Origin: Elusimicrobia bacterium GWB2_63_22
GTDB taxonomy: Bacteria > Elusimicrobiota > Elusimicrobia > Elusimicrobiales > UBA9959
Assembly (NCBI GenBank): GCA_001799735.1
Contig: MGUA01000034.1
Span: forward strand, 20,056-84,055
Length of the DNA stretch: 64,000 bases
Reading direction: 5' to 3'
Shown: one piece after another, positions 8,569 to 17,950 of the stretch
Position numbering within the stretch: position 1 is the stretch's first letter
Layout of the letters: each line of letters begins with the position of its first letter
Position numbers and translations under genes: made by a program
Notes under the pieces: model-generated
What the model was told of the DNA's origin: nothing
Seen by the model: the letters and a program-made list of their open reading frames with translations, nothing else
Database searches by the model: none

Positions 8569-10439
8569 TGCGCTACCTGCTGCTCGCCTTACTGCTGCTC
8601 GTCCCCTCCGCTCCGGCCTGGTCCAGGGCCGGGGGCGGCGGCGGTGGTGGCGGCGGCGGGGGCTGCTTCCCGGCCGGCACGCTCATCACCACCGCGGCGG
8701 GCGGAATACCTATAGAAAAGATCAAGCCCGGCGACACGGTCCTCGCTTTTTCGGAGGACGGCATAGTGCAGGCCGGGGTCAGGCAAACCTACGAGAAGAA
8801 AGACCGCCTGCTGGTCATCCGCACGCCTAAAGGAAAGCTCACCGCCACCTCCGAGCACCCGCTGCTCACGCGCGCCGGCTTTACCGAAGTCCGCGACCTG
8901 AAGAAAGGCATGCAGGTGGCGGTGCTGGAGGACGGCAAGCGCGTCTGGACGAAGATAAAATCCATCAAGCCGGGCGGGGTCGCCCCCGTGTACAACCTGG
9001 AAGTCGCTCCCCCTCACACTTTCATCGCCGACGGGTTCATAGTCCACAACAAGGGCGGTTTCGGCGGGAGCTACGGCGGCGGCTACAGCAGCAGCTACTC
9101 GGGCGGCCGCTACCGCCGGCGCAGCTACGGCCTGATCGACCTGATCTTTATAGGTTTAGCCGTACTGGTTGTTTTTTTTAAGAACATTTTTTCCGGCGGG
9201 CGCGGAGGCGGGGGCGGTATCTGGAGCTGGGGCTCCCCCTCAAAAAAAGCTCCGCCCATGCTGGCCAACGGCGCGGTGACGCCCCGGGCCGAAAGGACCC
9301 TGGACATCATCCGCAGCCTCGCCCGGCGCGACCCGGACTTCGAACCCAACGGGCTTGAGAACCTGGTAAGGAACACTTTCCTGCGCGTACAGGCGGCCTG
9401 GCAGGCGCGGGACTACTCCGCGCTGGCCGGCGTGATGATGCCCAACCTGCACGCCAGCCACAGCGCCAAGGTAGAATCCCTGCGCGCCAGGGGGCAGAAG
9501 AACATGATGGAGGACGTGCAGGTGGGCCACGTGGACTTTGTGCACGTGCGCTGCCCGGAGCAGAGGGAGGGCCGCGCCTTCACCGCGCTGGTAACCGCCT
9601 CCGCGCGGGATTACACTCTGGACGAAAGGCACGGCGGGCTGGTCAGCGGCAGCCGGGACCCGTCCTCCTTCCAGGAATTCTGGACGTTCCACCAGCTCAA
9701 CGGGGGCTGGGCGCTGGCCCGCATCGACCAGCTGGGCGACCTGGATTTTCTCAACGCCCCCAACCTGCCGGCGGAACCTGAAAAGCCCGGGGCTTTCGCC
9801 AAGACCGGCGCAGCAGCTTTCCTGCCGGCCGGCCCCGGGGCCTTCACGGGAGCGGTTCCCGCCGCCGCCCCCACCGCGCCCGGCCTTGACTTCGCCGCCG
9901 CGGCAGCCGCGCTGCAGCCGCAGCAGCCGCCGCCTCCTCCCCCCCGCGAGGCTGAGGGGGTCATGAACCGCCAGAAGATGGAGATCGCCGCCACGCTGGC
10001 CTTTGAAAGCGTCTACGAGGCCTGGGCCAACAACGACAGCTCCCGGCTGAGCGCGGATTATGTCTCGGCCGAGGCGCTGGCCAAACTGAAGCGCGTGATG
10101 GAGGACAGGAAAGCGGAAGGCCTGACCTTCCAGTTCACCAGCCTGTTCACGCGCCGCGCGGAGGTGGTGCTGGCCGTCCCGGCCAGCAAGAGCCGCCTGC
10201 ATATGGACGAATTTACCGCCCGGATAACGGCCACCGCCGTCAGAGCCATGCTGCGCAACGGCAAGACCCTGCACCGGGACACGGCCCCGCAGCCTTTCAC
10301 CGAGTACTGGGTTTTCGGCCGGCAGGACAAGAGCTGGAAATTGAGGGACATCCTGCCCCGCATGGACCAGGAGAGCGAGGACCGCAGCCAGGACGGCGCT
10401 CCCGGCCCCGCTCAGATAGAATGGTACTGGCAATCCTGA
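8568..10439 (+). CDS. Exported Hint (BIL/pretoxin-HINT type) domain protein with TM helix and tandem Tim44-like domains
   Basis: Signal peptide, poly-Gly, CFPAGTLI..TSEHP..VYNLEV..HTFIADGFIVHN, Gly/Ser/Tyr linker, TM, DPDF..VQAAW..FQEFWTF and a second ..FTEYWVFGR..WKL repeat. Confidence 0.85.
   Translation: MRYLLLALLLLVPSAPAWSRAGGGGGGGGGGGCFPAGTLITTAAGGIPIEKIKPGDTVLAFSEDGIVQAGVRQTYEKKDRLLVIRTPKGKLTATSEHPLLTRAGFTEVRDLKKGMQVAVLEDGKRVWTKIKSIKPGGVAPVYNLEVAPPHTFIADGFIVHNKGGFGGSYGGGYSSSYSGGRYRRRSYGLIDLIFIGLAVLVVFFKNIFSGGRGGGGGIWSWGSPSKKAPPMLANGAVTPRAERTLDIIRSLARRDPDFEPNGLENLVRNTFLRVQAAWQARDYSALAGVMMPNLHASHSAKVESLRARGQKNMMEDVQVGHVDFVHVRCPEQREGRAFTALVTASARDYTLDERHGGLVSGSRDPSSFQEFWTFHQLNGGWALARIDQLGDLDFLNAPNLPAEPEKPGAFAKTGAAAFLPAGPGAFTGAVPAAAPTAPGLDFAAAAAALQPQQPPPPPPREAEGVMNRQKMEIAATLAFESVYEAWANNDSSRLSADYVSAEALAKLKRVMEDRKAEGLTFQFTSLFTRRAEVVLAVPASKSRLHMDEFTARITATAVRAMLRNGKTLHRDTAPQPFTEYWVFGRQDKSWKLRDILPRMDQESEDRSQDGAPGPAQIEWYWQS
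8664..9050 (+). other. Hint / bacterial intein-like domain (129 aa, no homing endonuclease)
   Basis: Cys1 (tgc 8664), block B TxxH (ATSEH), block F VYNLEV, terminal His-Asn (cac aac 9045-9050); +1 residue is Lys. Confidence 0.88.
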
Positions 10440-10442
10440 AAT

Positions 10443-10478
10443 AAAAAAACCCCGCGCCTCCCTGGGGGAAGCGCGGGG
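10443..10478 (-). terminator. Intrinsic terminator between convergent genes
   Basis: CCCCGCGC/GCGCGGGG stem with an A7 tract on + (U tract on -). Confidence 0.7.
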
Positions 10479-10498
10479 CGTTCGCCCTGACGGCGGGG

Positions 10499-10954
10499 CT
10501 ATTTTACCCTGTTGAGCATGGGCACTACCGCGTTTATCTTGCCGGCCAGCACGCCGTGCAGGCCCAGCTTTTTGCGCAGCGCCTCGAGGAAGCGGTGTTC
10601 GGCCGTTACCAGCTTGCGGTCGGCGGCCACCATGTATACGGCCCAGGCGTAGGCGGTCTCGCGCAGGCCGGGGGTCAGCAGGGCGGCGGCCGTTTCCAGC
10701 ACGGCGTCCCGGCCCTTGTCGGCTATCGCCGAAGCTATGCAGCCCATATACTCCCCGGCGTCCTCCACTTCTTCGAAGAGCGGGCTGGATACCAGCACGC
10801 CCTGCAGATCGTCGATCTCCTTTTTCTTCAGTTTGCCGTCGGCGGAAACAGCCATGATAGCCACGGCCATAATGGCGTCGGCCGGGGTCAGCAGGGTCTC
10901 CTGCTGGCAGCCGCAGGCGCAGCCGCAGATCTTTTTATCGGTTTTCTTTTTCAT
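10499..10954 (-). CDS. TerB-like (tellurite resistance TerB family) protein with Cys-rich N-terminal tail
   Basis: AVSADGKL..E and VAADRKL..AEHRFL..LR helical-repeat motifs; CGCACGC tail. Confidence 0.75.
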   Translation of the reverse strand: MKKKTDKKICGCACGCQQETLLTPADAIMAVAIMAVSADGKLKKKEIDDLQGVLVSSPLFEEVEDAGEYMGCIASAIADKGRDAVLETAAALLTPGLRETAYAWAVYMVAADRKLVTAEHRFLEALRKKLGLHGVLAGKINAVVPMLNRVK

Positions 10955-11002
10955 AATAATCCTCCGGTATCCAGTATTTAAGCTCTAACATATTTAAGCA
11001 GC

Positions 11003-11362
11003 TCAACCTATAAGCCGCACCTTGTAGCCGGCAGCCTCCAGCTCGGTCTTCACGAACGCCCGGCGGTCGCCCTGCAGCTCCAGCACGCCGTTCTTCACCG
11101 CCCCCCCGGCCCCCAGCCGCTTCTTGAACTTGCTGAGCAGCTCTTCCTTGCCGGCCGGGTGCATGGGCAACTTCTCCACCAGCGTCATGCCGCTGCCTTT
11201 GCCTGTTCTCCTAAATGAGATGCGGACGGGCTCGGTTTGGTTTCTTTTGCGGACCTCTCCCGCCAGGCCCTCGGCGCATTCGCAGGGGGACTTGCCGCAG
11301 TTAGGGCACTCCACCTTCCCGTCTGGACCGGTGGAATAAACAAGCCTGTCGTTATCTCCCAT
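11003..11362 (-). CDS. yciH: SUI1/YciH family translation initiation factor
   Basis: RLVYST, CPNCGKSPCEC, KKRLGAGGAVKNGVLELQGD. Confidence 0.85.
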   Translation of the reverse strand: MGDNDRLVYSTGPDGKVECPNCGKSPCECAEGLAGEVRKRNQTEPVRISFRRTGKGSGMTLVEKLPMHPAGKEELLSKFKKRLGAGGAVKNGVLELQGDRRAFVKTELEAAGYKVRLIG

Positions 11363-12062
11363 TAGCCGCCCCCTCCCTGGCCAGCAGGCCTTCCAGCGCC
11401 CGCATGTCCGCCTGGAACACCGGGCTTTTGCGGTAGCGTTTATAAAGTTTTTCGGCCAGTTTTTTGCCGGCCTCTATGTCGGAGGGATGGTGCACCCCGC
11501 CTATCACGCGGTCCAGGGCGGCCTCGTCGGCGCGGGCGAAGAATTCTTTCTTGCGGGACGGCACCAGGTCCGCCAGCATCAGCGCGAACAGCCGGGAGAT
11601 GGTGGCGTGGCCGCTGGGATAGGCGAGCCCGCCGATGCGCCCCAGGCACGGATCCAGCGCCGGGTCGCGCAGGAACGGGCGCTGCCTTTTAAACATATCC
11701 TTAATATCCGCCGCCACCCCGTCTGTCTCGGTCTTTACCCTCTGCAGGACGGCCGCGGCGGCTGCGGGCAGGGGCGTGGGGAAAGGGCTTATATCGCCGA
11801 AGAACTCCTCGTAACCGGCGTGCGCCCCGGCGTTCGCCCTGGCGCACTGCTCCGCCGTGCGCCGGTTCTGCCAGCTCTCTATGGCGGCCAGGTCCCTGCG
11901 GTCCGCCCGGGAGCCGGCGGCGGGCGGGGCCGGGAAATCCGGCATCCGCTGCTGGTCGGCCGTTATATAATAGGTGGTGCGCGGTATTATCCACTCTTCC
12001 GCGCCCGCCAGGGCCGGAGCCAGCAAGACCGCCGCTATCAGGATGTGCCGGAGAATTTTCAT
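11352..12062 (-). CDS. Exported PAP2 family (class A-like) acid phosphatase
   Basis: Signal peptide; KDMFKRQRP, YPSGH, RVIGGVHHPSD. Confidence 0.9.
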   Translation of the reverse strand: MKILRHILIAAVLLAPALAGAEEWIIPRTTYYITADQQRMPDFPAPPAAGSRADRRDLAAIESWQNRRTAEQCARANAGAHAGYEEFFGDISPFPTPLPAAAAAVLQRVKTETDGVAADIKDMFKRQRPFLRDPALDPCLGRIGGLAYPSGHATISRLFALMLADLVPSRKKEFFARADEAALDRVIGGVHHPSDIEAGKKLAEKLYKRYRKSPVFQADMRALEGLLAREGAANGR

Positions 12063-12068
12063 GCTTAA

Positions 12069-12077
12069 ATTTTAGCA
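12069..12077 (-). promoter_or_regulatory. Putative extended -10 (TGCTAAAAT) 6 nt upstream of the ATG, leaderless type
   Basis: Minus strand TGCTAAAAT-ttaagc-ATG. Confidence 0.55.
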
Positions 12078-12149
12078 AACAAAGCGCCTGTTCCCCCCCA
12101 ATAGGGGAAAAAGATATAATTAGTTATTAGATTTTATGGAGGGGCAAAT

Positions 12150-13583
12150 ATGACCACAGCAACCAAGGAGAGCAAGAAAACCATGAAGAACGACTTTAAA
12201 GTTAAAGATATCACGCTGGCCGCCTGGGGCCGCCGCGAGATAGAGATAGCCGAGAAAGAAATGCCCGGCCTTATGGCCCTCCGCGAGAAATTCGGCGCCA
12301 AAAAACCCCTTAAGGGCGCCCGCGTAATGGGCTCGCTGCACATGACCACCCAGACCGCCGTCCTCATAGAGACCCTCTCGGCCCTCGGCGCCGAAGTGCG
12401 CTGGTGCTCCTGCAATATTTTCTCCACCTCCGACCAGGCCGCCGCCGCCATCGCGGCCACCGGCATCCCGGTGTTCGCCTGGAAGGGCGAGACCCTGGCC
12501 GAATACTGGTGGTGCACCGAGCGCGCGCTAGACTTCGGCGGCGGCAAAGGCCCCCATCTGATCGTCGACGACGGCGGAGACGCCACCATGATGCTGCACC
12601 GCGGCTTCGCGGCCGAGGATAACGCTAAAATACTCGACGCCAAGGCCGACTGCGAGGACGAGCAGGAACTCAACAAGTGCCTCAAAGCCATCCTCAAGGC
12701 CTCCCCCAAGCGCTGGCACCTGGCCGTGAAAGACTGGAAGGGCGTCTCCGAGGAGACCACCACCGGCGTGCACCGCCTGTACCAGATGCACGAGGCCGGC
12801 ACTCTGATGGTCCCCGCCATCAACGTCAACGATTCCGTCACCAAGTCCAAGTTCGACAACCTCTACGGCTGCCGCGAGTCCCTGGCGGACGGCATAAAGC
12901 GCGCCACCGACGTGATGATAGCCGGCAAGGTGTGCGTGGTCTGCGGCTACGGCGACGTAGGCAAAGGCTCGGCCCGCTCCCTGCGCGGCTTCGGCGCGCG
13001 TGTCATCGTAACCGAGATAGACCCCATCTGCGCCCTGCAGGCCGCGATGGAAGGCTTCGAGGTGAAGACCGTAGAGGACACGCTCGGCGAGGGCGACGTC
13101 TACGTCACCACCACCGGCAACAAGGACATCATCCGCCTCGAGCACATGCTCAAGATGAAAGACCAGGCCATCGTCTGCAATATCGGCCATTTCGACAACG
13201 AGATCCAGGTGGAGGCCCTCAAGCGCGCCAAGGGCGTGAAGCAGGTCAACATAAAGCCCCAGGTGGACCGCTTCGACCTGCCCAACGGCCGCTCGATGTA
13301 CCTGCTGGCCGAAGGCCGCCTGGTGAACCTGGGCTGCGCCAAGGGCCACCCGTCCTTCGTGATGAGCAATTCCTTCACCAACCAGACCCTGGCCCAGATC
13401 GAACTCTGGACCAAGAAGCTGGCGATAGGCGTGACCCGCCTGCCCAAGCACCTCGACGAGGAAGTGGCCCGCCTGCACCTGGAGAAGATCGGCGTCAAGC
13501 TGACCCGGCTCACCAAGGACCAGGCCGACTACATCGGCGTCAAGGCTGACGGCCCCTACAAGCCGGACCATTACCGGTATTGA
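12150..13583 (+). CDS. ahcY: Adenosylhomocysteinase (SAH hydrolase)
   Basis: [51 protein letters not shown]. Confidence 0.98.
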   Translation: MTTATKESKKTMKNDFKVKDITLAAWGRREIEIAEKEMPGLMALREKFGAKKPLKGARVMGSLHMTTQTAVLIETLSALGAEVRWCSCNIFSTSDQAAAAIAATGIPVFAWKGETLAEYWWCTERALDFGGGKGPHLIVDDGGDATMMLHRGFAAEDNAKILDAKADCEDEQELNKCLKAILKASPKRWHLAVKDWKGVSEETTTGVHRLYQMHEAGTLMVPAINVNDSVTKSKFDNLYGCRESLADGIKRATDVMIAGKVCVVCGYGDVGKGSARSLRGFGARVIVTEIDPICALQAAMEGFEVKTVEDTLGEGDVYVTTTGNKDIIRLEHMLKMKDQAIVCNIGHFDNEIQVEALKRAKGVKQVNIKPQVDRFDLPNGRSMYLLAEGRLVNLGCAKGHPSFVMSNSFTNQTLAQIELWTKKLAIGVTRLPKHLDEEVARLHLEKIGVKLTRLTKDQADYIGVKADGPYKPDHYRY

Positions 13584-13595
13584 ACCGCCGCTGAC

Positions 13596-13631
13596 AAAAA
13601 AAGCCCGGGGCCAAAAACCCCGGGTTTTTTT
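13596..13631 (+). terminator. Intrinsic terminator after ahcY
   Basis: A-tract, CCCGGGG/CCCCGGG stem, T7. Confidence 0.8.
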
Positions 13632-13708
13632 CGCTATAATGACAATACCGGACTAAATGGGTCAGGATTAGCCGCCCCCCCGGATATTCAGCGAACACGA
13701 GGTACATA

Positions 13709-14101
13709 ATGAAGAACTACATGCTAGCCGCCGCCTGCCTGCTAGGCCTTACCGCCTGCGGGACAATGAAGGAATTTCTTTCCGACGCCGACAAATCCAG
13801 GATAGAGGCGCGCCCTAACGGAGCCTACGCCGCCATAGCCTCGGACGAGGATAAAAAAGAAGCCACGAACTACGCTTCTTTCGGGGCGAAGAATTTCTGT
13901 GAAAAGAAAGGCAAGACGGCCGTCATACTCGGCACTACCGCCAAATATGACGGGCTTTCCACCGAAAAGAACGATAAACTCCTCAAAAAAGCCAGTGAAG
14001 CGGCCCTGCTGGCCGGCGCTCCCGGCAAAGCCGCCCTCGCCGCCGACAGCATGACGGACGACGCCCTGCACGAGATACAGATGGAATTCAAGTGCGAGTA
14101 A
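13709..14101 (+). CDS. Hypothetical lipoprotein
   Basis: Lipobox LTAC; GAGG RBS. Confidence 0.75.
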   Translation: MKNYMLAAACLLGLTACGTMKEFLSDADKSRIEARPNGAYAAIASDEDKKEATNYASFGAKNFCEKKGKTAVILGTTAKYDGLSTEKNDKLLKKASEAALLAGAPGKAALAADSMTDDALHEIQMEFKCE

Positions 14102-14177
14102 CTCCTGGCGGCGCTCTCCGCCGGAAGCGGACGGCCGAAAGCCGAACCGCAGACCGGGGCTGAGCCTTCACCGCCGC

Positions 14178-14213
14178 AAAAAGAGCCCGGAGCGAAAACC
14201 CCGGGCTTTTTTT
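14178..14213 (+). terminator. Intrinsic terminator
   Basis: AGCCCGG/CCGGGCT stem followed by T7. Confidence 0.75.
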
Positions 14214-14234
14214 GTATCATAACTGCGGGGGACC

Positions 14235-14993
14235 ATGAAGCTCAGTTTTCTTACCATTAACGCTCACAAGGGATTTTCTCACCTGAACCGGCGCTTCGCG
14301 CTGCCGGAGCTGCGCGACTGCGTGCGCGACACGGGCGCGGACATCGTCTTCATGCAGGAGGTGGTCGGCCAGAACCTGCGCCACGCCGAGCGCTACTTCG
14401 GCTGGCCGGTCAAGCCCCAGCACGAGTTCATGACCGAGATCTCCGGCTTCAACCACGCCTACGGCAAGAACGTGGTGTATACCGCCGGCCACCACGGCAA
14501 CGCCATCCTGTCGCGCTTTCCCATACTCCACTCCGAAAGGGTGGACATCTCCACTAACCGCGTAGAGAAGCGCGGGCTGCTGTACGCCAAGATCCAGCTG
14601 CCGGAGGATAAACCGCCGCTGCATTGCGTCTGCGTGCACCTGGGCCTGTTGCGCCGGTCCAGGCGCAAACAGTTCGCCAGGATCTGCGAATACGTAAAAA
14701 GCGTGGTGCCGGACCACGAGCCGGTCATCGTGGCCGGCGACTTTAACGAGTGGCGCAAAGGCAAGCACGACGAGCTGGAGACCTGCCTGCTGATGAAGGA
14801 CGCCGGCCTGGCCCTGCACGGGCGCAAACTGCGCACCTTCCCGGCGGCGTGCCCGGTGCTGCCGCTGGACCGCATCTACCAGCGCGGCTTCAAGGTGCTC
14901 AAGGCGCAGGTGCTCTGCTCAGGCCCGTGGCGGGACATCTCCGACCACGCGGCCTTCCTCGCCGAGGCCGAATACACCTGGCTCCCCCGCTGA
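14235..14993 (+). CDS. Endonuclease/exonuclease/phosphatase family protein (YbhP-like)
   Basis: TINAHKG, DIVFMQEV, GNAILSRFP, AGDFNEW, LDRIY, SDH. Confidence 0.92.
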   Translation: MKLSFLTINAHKGFSHLNRRFALPELRDCVRDTGADIVFMQEVVGQNLRHAERYFGWPVKPQHEFMTEISGFNHAYGKNVVYTAGHHGNAILSRFPILHSERVDISTNRVEKRGLLYAKIQLPEDKPPLHCVCVHLGLLRRSRRKQFARICEYVKSVVPDHEPVIVAGDFNEWRKGKHDELETCLLMKDAGLALHGRKLRTFPAACPVLPLDRIYQRGFKVLKAQVLCSGPWRDISDHAAFLAEAEYTWLPR

Positions 14994-15021
14994 CCCCCCG
15001 CTTTTTATAGAATAGTAGTTC

Positions 15022-17508
15022 ATGCACGTGCTTCCCGTACTGCGCAGCGCGCCGGAGATACTTAAAGCCGCGGCCAAGAGCCGCCGGCTGATAGTTTCTT
15101 CCCCCCCGGGCTCGGGCAAATCCACAAAAGTTCCCCAGCTGCTGCTCGACAGCGGCAAATTTTCCGGCCGCATAGCCGTGCTGGAGCCGCGCCGCCTGGC
15201 GGCCCGCATGCTGGCCGACCGCGTGGCCAGGGAGCGCGGCGGAAGCGCCGGCGGGGAGGTGGGCTACCGGGTGCGGTTCGAGGACCGGACCGGCCCCAAA
15301 ACCCGCATCGTCTTCGAGACCGAAGGCATACTGCTGCGGGAACTGGTCTCCGACCCGCACCTTAAAAAATACTCCGTCATTATCCTGGACGAATTCCACG
15401 AGCGCCACATTCACGCCGACATCACCCTGGCCGCCTGCCTGGCCCTGCAGCGGGGCCCCCGGCCGGACCTGCTGGTGGTGGTGATGTCCGCCACGCTCGA
15501 CGAGGCGGCCCTAGCGCAATACCTTTCGCCGTGCGAAACGGTAAAGGCGGAAGGCACCGTCTTCCCGGTCCGCACCGTCTACTGCGGGCCAGAGCTGGCC
15601 AAGCTCCCCGCCTGGGACGCCGCCGCCAGGACCTGCGCGCAACTGCTGCCGGCCGTGAAGGAAGGCCACGCGCTGATCTTCATGCCCGGCGCCTACGAGA
15701 TCGGCCGCACCGCCGCCGAGCTGGCCAAAAACCCCTCCCTCGCCGCCTTCGCGGTGATGCCGCTGCACGGCGAGATGCCGCCGGCCGCGCAGGACGCCGC
15801 GGTGGCCCCTTCCGACCGGCGCAAAATAATCATCGCCACCAACATCGCCGAGACCTCGCTGACCATAGAGGGCGTCACCGCCGTGGTGGACAGCGGCCTG
15901 GCCCGCGTGGCCCGCTACGACGGGGCGCGCGGCATCAACACCCTTTTCACCGAGGATATCCCGGCCTCTTCGGCCGCCCAGCGCGCCGGCCGGGCCGGCC
16001 GCACCGCCCCCGGCGTGTGCGCGCGGCTCTGGACCGAGCGCGCCAACGCCGGCCGCCCCGCCGCCCTGGAGCCGGAAATACTCCGCCTGGACGTCAGCGA
16101 GGCCCTGCTGACGCTCAAGGCCTGCGGTTTTAAAGGTTTCGGGGACCTGCGCTGGCTGGACCCGCCCGCCCCGCAGGACGAAGCGCGTGCCGAACAGCTT
16201 TTAAAGGACCTCGGCGCGGCCGACGCGAGCGGCGCCCTGACTGACGACGGGCGCGAGATGGCTAAATACCCGCTTCACCCGCGCTACTCCCGCATGATGA
16301 CCGAAGGCGCCCGCCTGGGCTGCCGGCGGGAATGCGCGCTGATAGCCGCCGCCGCTCAGGGCCGCGGCCTCTGGCTGGCCGAGGACGGGCAGGACAACCG
16401 CAAAGAGACCGAAGGCCGCTCCGACCTGGCCGCCGTCATAAGGGCGCTGGAACGCTGCGCCGACGCTGATTTTGATTTCTTCGCCTGCCAGAAGGCGGGC
16501 TTGAAGCAGAACGCCGCGCGCGACGCGTGGCGCCTGGCCCGGCGCCTGGCCGGCGGCGCCGAGCCCGGCGGCGCCCGCGAGACGGCCCTGGCCGCCCGCT
16601 GCTTCCTGCGGGCCTTCCCGGACCGGGTAGCCGCGCTCTTCTCAGCCGAGCGGGGCCGTTACCAGCTGCCCGGCGAACGCCGCGCGCGGCTGAGCCCCCG
16701 GAGCGCCGCCGCCGGGGCGCCCCTTATCTGCGCCGGGGAAGCGCTGGAGAGCCTGCAGAGGGGCGGGGCGGACATAACCCTGTCCTTCGCTGCGGAGATA
16801 AAGGAAGAGTGGCTGCGGGAAGCTTTCCCGGGCGACATTAAAACAATTTCTCGCGCCGCGCTGGACGAGACTATGCGCACCCCGGTTACGGAAACCCTGG
16901 TGCTGTACCGCGGCGTCGTCATCCGCCGCGAAGTGACGGCGGTTAAGCCCGCCAAGGCTTCCTCCGACCTGATCGCCGAAGAATTTATCAACGGAGAGGA
17001 GCGCCTGCAGCACTGGGACGAGGAAGTGGAGGAGTGGCTGGCCCGGATAGAGTTCCTGGCCGGGGCCTGCCCTGACTTCGGCCTGGAGCCGCTCTCCGAA
17101 GAGGACCGCAAGCTTATCATAACGGATATCTGCTCCGGCGCCCGCTCCGTGGCCGAAGCGCGGGGCAGGCCGGTGCTGCCGGCGCTGCAGGACTGGTACG
17201 GTTGGGAAAAGGTGCGGCTGCTGGACCGGCACGCCCCCGCCAGGCTGGAAATGCCGGGTGGCCGCCGGGCGAAGATCAAATATCCCAAGGGCCGGGAACC
17301 TTACCTGGAAGCCAAGATCCAGGACCTCTTCCCCCTTACCGAAACCCCGCGCATTGCGGCAGGGCGGGTGCCGCTGGTGGTGCATATCCTCGCCCCCTCC
17401 ATGCGCCCGGTGCAGGTGACCAAAGATCTGAAAAGTTTTTGGGCCGACAGCTACCCCAAGCTGAAGCCGGCGCTGGCGCGGCGCTACCCCAGGCATAAAT
17501 GGCTATAA
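15022..17508 (+). CDS. hrpB: ATP-dependent RNA helicase HrpB
   Basis: GSGKST, LEPRRLAAR, DEFHER, MSAT, ATNIAETSLTI, QRAGRAGR, C-terminal PVQVTKDL..FW..YPRHKW. Confidence 0.93.
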   Translation: MHVLPVLRSAPEILKAAAKSRRLIVSSPPGSGKSTKVPQLLLDSGKFSGRIAVLEPRRLAARMLADRVARERGGSAGGEVGYRVRFEDRTGPKTRIVFETEGILLRELVSDPHLKKYSVIILDEFHERHIHADITLAACLALQRGPRPDLLVVVMSATLDEAALAQYLSPCETVKAEGTVFPVRTVYCGPELAKLPAWDAAARTCAQLLPAVKEGHALIFMPGAYEIGRTAAELAKNPSLAAFAVMPLHGEMPPAAQDAAVAPSDRRKIIIATNIAETSLTIEGVTAVVDSGLARVARYDGARGINTLFTEDIPASSAAQRAGRAGRTAPGVCARLWTERANAGRPAALEPEILRLDVSEALLTLKACGFKGFGDLRWLDPPAPQDEARAEQLLKDLGAADASGALTDDGREMAKYPLHPRYSRMMTEGARLGCRRECALIAAAAQGRGLWLAEDGQDNRKETEGRSDLAAVIRALERCADADFDFFACQKAGLKQNAARDAWRLARRLAGGAEPGGARETALAARCFLRAFPDRVAALFSAERGRYQLPGERRARLSPRSAAAGAPLICAGEALESLQRGGADITLSFAAEIKEEWLREAFPGDIKTISRAALDETMRTPVTETLVLYRGVVIRREVTAVKPAKASSDLIAEEFINGEERLQHWDEEVEEWLARIEFLAGACPDFGLEPLSEEDRKLIITDICSGARSVAEARGRPVLPALQDWYGWEKVRLLDRHAPARLEMPGGRRAKIKYPKGREPYLEAKIQDLFPLTETPRIAAGRVPLVVHILAPSMRPVQVTKDLKSFWADSYPKLKPALARRYPRHKWL

Positions 17509-17530
17509 TGGGATTAAAGAGGAAACAACC

Positions 17531-17926
17531 ATGAAGAACTTTCTAAAACTCGCGGCCCTACCCCTGCTGGGCGCCGCCCTGCTGGCGGGCTGCGGCAAAC
17601 AGCCCGGCCCCCGGGAACACCTCTCCGCCGTCCGGTCCGCCCTGCAGGTCTACTACGGAGACCATGAAGGCAAGTTCCCCGACACTCTCGACGAACTTAC
17701 AAAAGACGGCAAGTACCTCCTGGAACTGCCCAAAGTGGACCTGCCCGGGCACCGGGCATCCAACGCCGTGAAATACATCTCGGGCCCGACGCTCAGCCCG
17801 AAGAACCTGACCGACGAAGGCGGCTACGCCTACTACAACTCGGACAAATATCCCGACACCAAAGGCGCGGTAGTGCTGAACTGCACCCACGCCAATAAAA
17901 AAGGCGCGCCCGTACATTCGTACTGA
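17531..17926 (+). CDS. Lipoprotein with GspG/pilin-like globular domain
   Basis: Lipobox LAGC; LSAVRSALQVYYGDHEGKFPDTLDEL resembles a pseudopilin alpha-helix/YP motif. Confidence 0.65.
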   Translation: MKNFLKLAALPLLGAALLAGCGKQPGPREHLSAVRSALQVYYGDHEGKFPDTLDELTKDGKYLLELPKVDLPGHRASNAVKYISGPTLSPKNLTDEGGYAYYNSDKYPDTKGAVVLNCTHANKKGAPVHSY

Positions 17927-17950
17927 CGCGCCCGGGCCGCTCCCTGCGGC

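Noticed and set aside
8664-9050. Canonical mobile intein or polymorphic toxin
   Set aside because: No homing endonuclease, +1 is Lys rather than Cys/Ser/Thr, the host is not a typical intein host, and no toxin domain or immunity gene follows; treated as BIL-type.
12063-12149. SAH/SAM riboswitch upstream of ahcY
   Set aside because: Short AT-rich divergent promoter region with no aptamer-like sequence.
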